NCBI GenBank assembly: GCA_951406725.2
Contig: OX597819.1
Span: 95,418,001 to 95,482,000 of the forward strand
Direction: 5' to 3'
Origin: Octopus vulgaris
Lineage: Eukaryota
Length of the DNA stretch: 64,000 nucleotides
The position numbers and the translations under genes were made by a program. Under the pieces are notes generated by a model, which did not search any database, was not told the DNA's origin, and worked only from the letters and a program-made list of their open reading frames with translations. This document shows, one piece after another, positions 63,152-64,000 of this stretch; position 1 is the first letter of the stretch; the number at the start of each line of letters is the position of its first letter.

Positions 63152-64000
63152 TGCATGGAAAACGGACGTTAAACGATGATGATGATGATGATGATGATAT
63201 ATATATATTCATAACTATTGATTCACTTCTTGAACATTCAATACACACTAATGATGATGAATTTGTTGACTTTTTTTTAGATTTTTTTTTATTTTATTAA
63301 TTTTTAACAAAGCTTCATCACTGAATTTATTCAGTCATAATGAAAGTATCCAAGTATTACTTAGAAACTTGTAGTCTTAACCTAATCCTCAGACAGAATC
63401 AGTACAACAAATAAAACTGGGCTCTTGGATTAAATGTAGGGTCCTTATGAAAATTTGAACTCAATTACACTGATGGGACTTGATTTTCCTTGTGACTATG
63501 GTAGAAGTTAGTTTCTCAAGGTGTACCACACAGTGGGATTGACCCTGGAACATTGTTATTGCAAGTAAAATCAACACCCCCACAGCCATGTATTCACATT
63601 TTTTCTCTATTGATTCAAAGCTGCTAATGAAGATTTTTTTTCTTGTGTTGATTTAAAACATGAATTTTGTCAAAACCGAATTTCTAGTTAAAAGTTTGAA
63701 TTTTTGCATGTGTTAATTTCTAAAAAAAATAGCTTAGTTATCTACATGATTGTTGCTTTCATAGTGTACATTACTCAAACCCACCTACTCACGCTTTTAT
63801 TCTAAAATTCCCAAATTCCCTCTGCTTCAGTTTTTTTCTTTTCACTCATTTTCAATGAGGAAATTAATTTGTCATTATTGACCAAACGTTTAAGTACAAG
63901 AGTAGCAACAAAAGAGTATAATTTACTTAAGATAATTCTTTGTATCTTAGAGAAATACATTAACTAGCAAAGAGCCTAAACTTTATTCACATATATGCCC

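Noticed and set aside
62776-63300. 174-aa ORF as a TPX2 exon or new gene
   Set aside because: Reads through antisense SINE, Helitron and (GAT)n tail; no splice-compatible TPX2 similarity.

Overview
AT-rich, repeat-dense animal genomic DNA. The repeat families and (TA/CA)n arrays suggest an octopus-like cephalopod (inference). Two spliced genes are divergently transcribed about 9 kb apart. (1) Anamorsin/CIAPIN1 (Dre2 family) on the minus strand has a likely non-coding first exon near 41.1 kb and five phase-compatible coding exons (29995 to 11776, 260 codons); its terminal Cys-motif exon is not visible in the window. (2) TPX2 on the plus strand has seven phase-compatible exons (50225 to 61169, about 406 codons) and continues past the right edge. 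Almost all other listed ORFs are artefacts of microsatellites or decayed mobile elements: hAT/Buster transposase and MITE, mariner, Merlin-like fold-back MITEs, Helitrons, RTE, CR1/L2 and CRE LINEs, and tRNA-SINEs. I see no convincing new multi-gene system. The best leads are a 72-bp intronic fold-back hairpin in TPX2 (one of several repeat-derived fold-backs), inverted repeats bracketing CIAPIN1 exons, a promoter-like island inside the apparent last CIAPIN1 intron, a PHD-bearing CRE retrotransposon and a degenerate hammerhead motif. All coordinates were read by hand.
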